NCBI GenBank assembly: GCA_965218435.1
Contig: CBDCKW010000009.1
Span: 1,216,001 to 1,280,000, forward strand
Source of the DNA: Truepera sp.
GTDB lineage: Bacteria; Deinococcota; Deinococci; Deinococcales; Trueperaceae
Reading direction: 5' to 3'
Length of the DNA stretch: 64,000 nucleotides
Below are positions 63,216 through 64,000 of the stretch, in pieces (within the stretch, counting starts at the first letter, position 1; the number at the start of each line of letters is the position of its first letter). The notes beneath the pieces are model-generated. The model saw nothing but the letters and a program-made list of their open reading frames with translations, searched no databases and was not told the origin of the DNA. Both the position numbers and the translations under genes were made by a program.

Positions 63216-63605
63216 TTACGCACGCGCTGAAAGGTGGCGCTCGAGCAGCCGCACATTACGTTTGTTGACCTTCCAAAAAAAGTCAAACACGTCCCCGACA
63301 ACCGGGATGCTGCCGACGACCGCGTCAATCACCGCGTTACCCACCATCCGGGCGACCAGCGACCTGGGCACGCCGAGCCGCGCGGCCCGGACGATCAGGT
63401 AACCCGAGACGATAAACCCGCTGATGTCTCCCACGACCGGAATCAGCCCTAAAATGGGCTCGAGGCCGATCCGGTAACCAATAATTGGAATCCGAAAGGT
63501 CTCGTCTAACAGGTGCGCCAAGCGGCGCAAATTTTGCAGCTCACGCGCGTAGTCCGCACGGTAGGTGTTTCTAAAGGCGTTTCCTCTGGGTCCGTAATTG
63601 CTCAT
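63216..63605 (-). CDS. DUF4112 family membrane protein
   Basis: LLDETFRIP..IGLEPILGLIPVVGD...FDFFWKVNKRN. Confidence 0.88.
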   Translation of the reverse strand: MSNYGPRGNAFRNTYRADYARELQNLRRLAHLLDETFRIPIIGYRIGLEPILGLIPVVGDISGFIVSGYLIVRAARLGVPRSLVARMVGNAVIDAVVGSIPVVGDVFDFFWKVNKRNVRLLERHLSARA

Positions 63606-64000
63606 ACGCTTTTTCCTCCTCGGCCGTCCCACCCGGCATACGAATAAAATCTCCCCGTTTTACCATCGCGCAAATAGTTCGCTAACGGTTCACGAATCGG
63701 CAAAATCGGAATCATCTGCTCAACCTCTTCGACCGGAAAAAAGCGCGCTTCGACGATAAAGCCGTCCGGGTCTCTGGGGTTTAAGAGCCCATCATACGCG
63801 GCGATAAACGCAAACGACAGGGCACGGTCATTCCGGCGCACATCTTCGACGTGAACCGAATACGCGAGCTGTTCGACGTGCGTCACTTTGAGCCCGGTTT
63901 CTTCCATCACCTCACGCGACAAGGCGTCTAAGGTTGATTCACCCCGTTCGACGACGCCGCCGGGCAGTGTATAGCGAACATTTCCAAACCCTTGCCAGTC
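63602..64000 (-). CDS. NUDIX hydrolase (5' end outside the window)
   Basis: YTLPGGVVERGESTLDALSREVMEETGL. Confidence 0.88.
   Translation of the reverse strand, partial: DWQGFGNVRYTLPGGVVERGESTLDALSREVMEETGLKVTHVEQLAYSVHVEDVRRNDRALSFAFIAAYDGLLNPRDPDGFIVEARFFPVEEVEQMIPILPIREPLANYLRDGKTGRFYSYAGWDGRGGKSV

Overview
A 64 kb chromosomal window from a Deinococcota bacterium, most likely Truepera/Trueperaceae-like. This rests on Thermus/Deinococcus-type S1, RpoZ, L31, TmpR and CarH/LdrP proteins; GC is roughly 55-60% by eye. The backbone is housekeeping: lon, argS, recJ, mnmA, rpsA, rpoZ, csp, rnhA, divIVA-yggS-PNP, bamA, gyrA, rpmE, moeA, icd. It is heavily interrupted by mobile DNA: two diverged IS4-family copies, one intact IS5 (IS427-like), a nonsense-mutated IS200 and a transposase remnant. 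There are also at least four short MITE types invisible in the ORF track, one nested in another; removing them restores two envelope-protein genes in frame. The most notable signals are: (1) strong over-representation of the palindrome CTCGAG, absent from the IS elements; (2) an Abi/HEPN gene that looks like an orphan integron cassette with degenerate attC-like flanks; (3) a CarH/LitR homolog lacking the B12-binding residues, next to ldrP with a possibly structured leader; (4) an AraC-B3/4-LysE amino-acid-analogue module; (5) unannotated small ORFs, including a phage-like Zn-ribbon peptide. No CRISPR, rRNA or tRNA was seen, and no clearly new multi-gene system can be proven from sequence alone. 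All family assignments are from recognition, not database searches.
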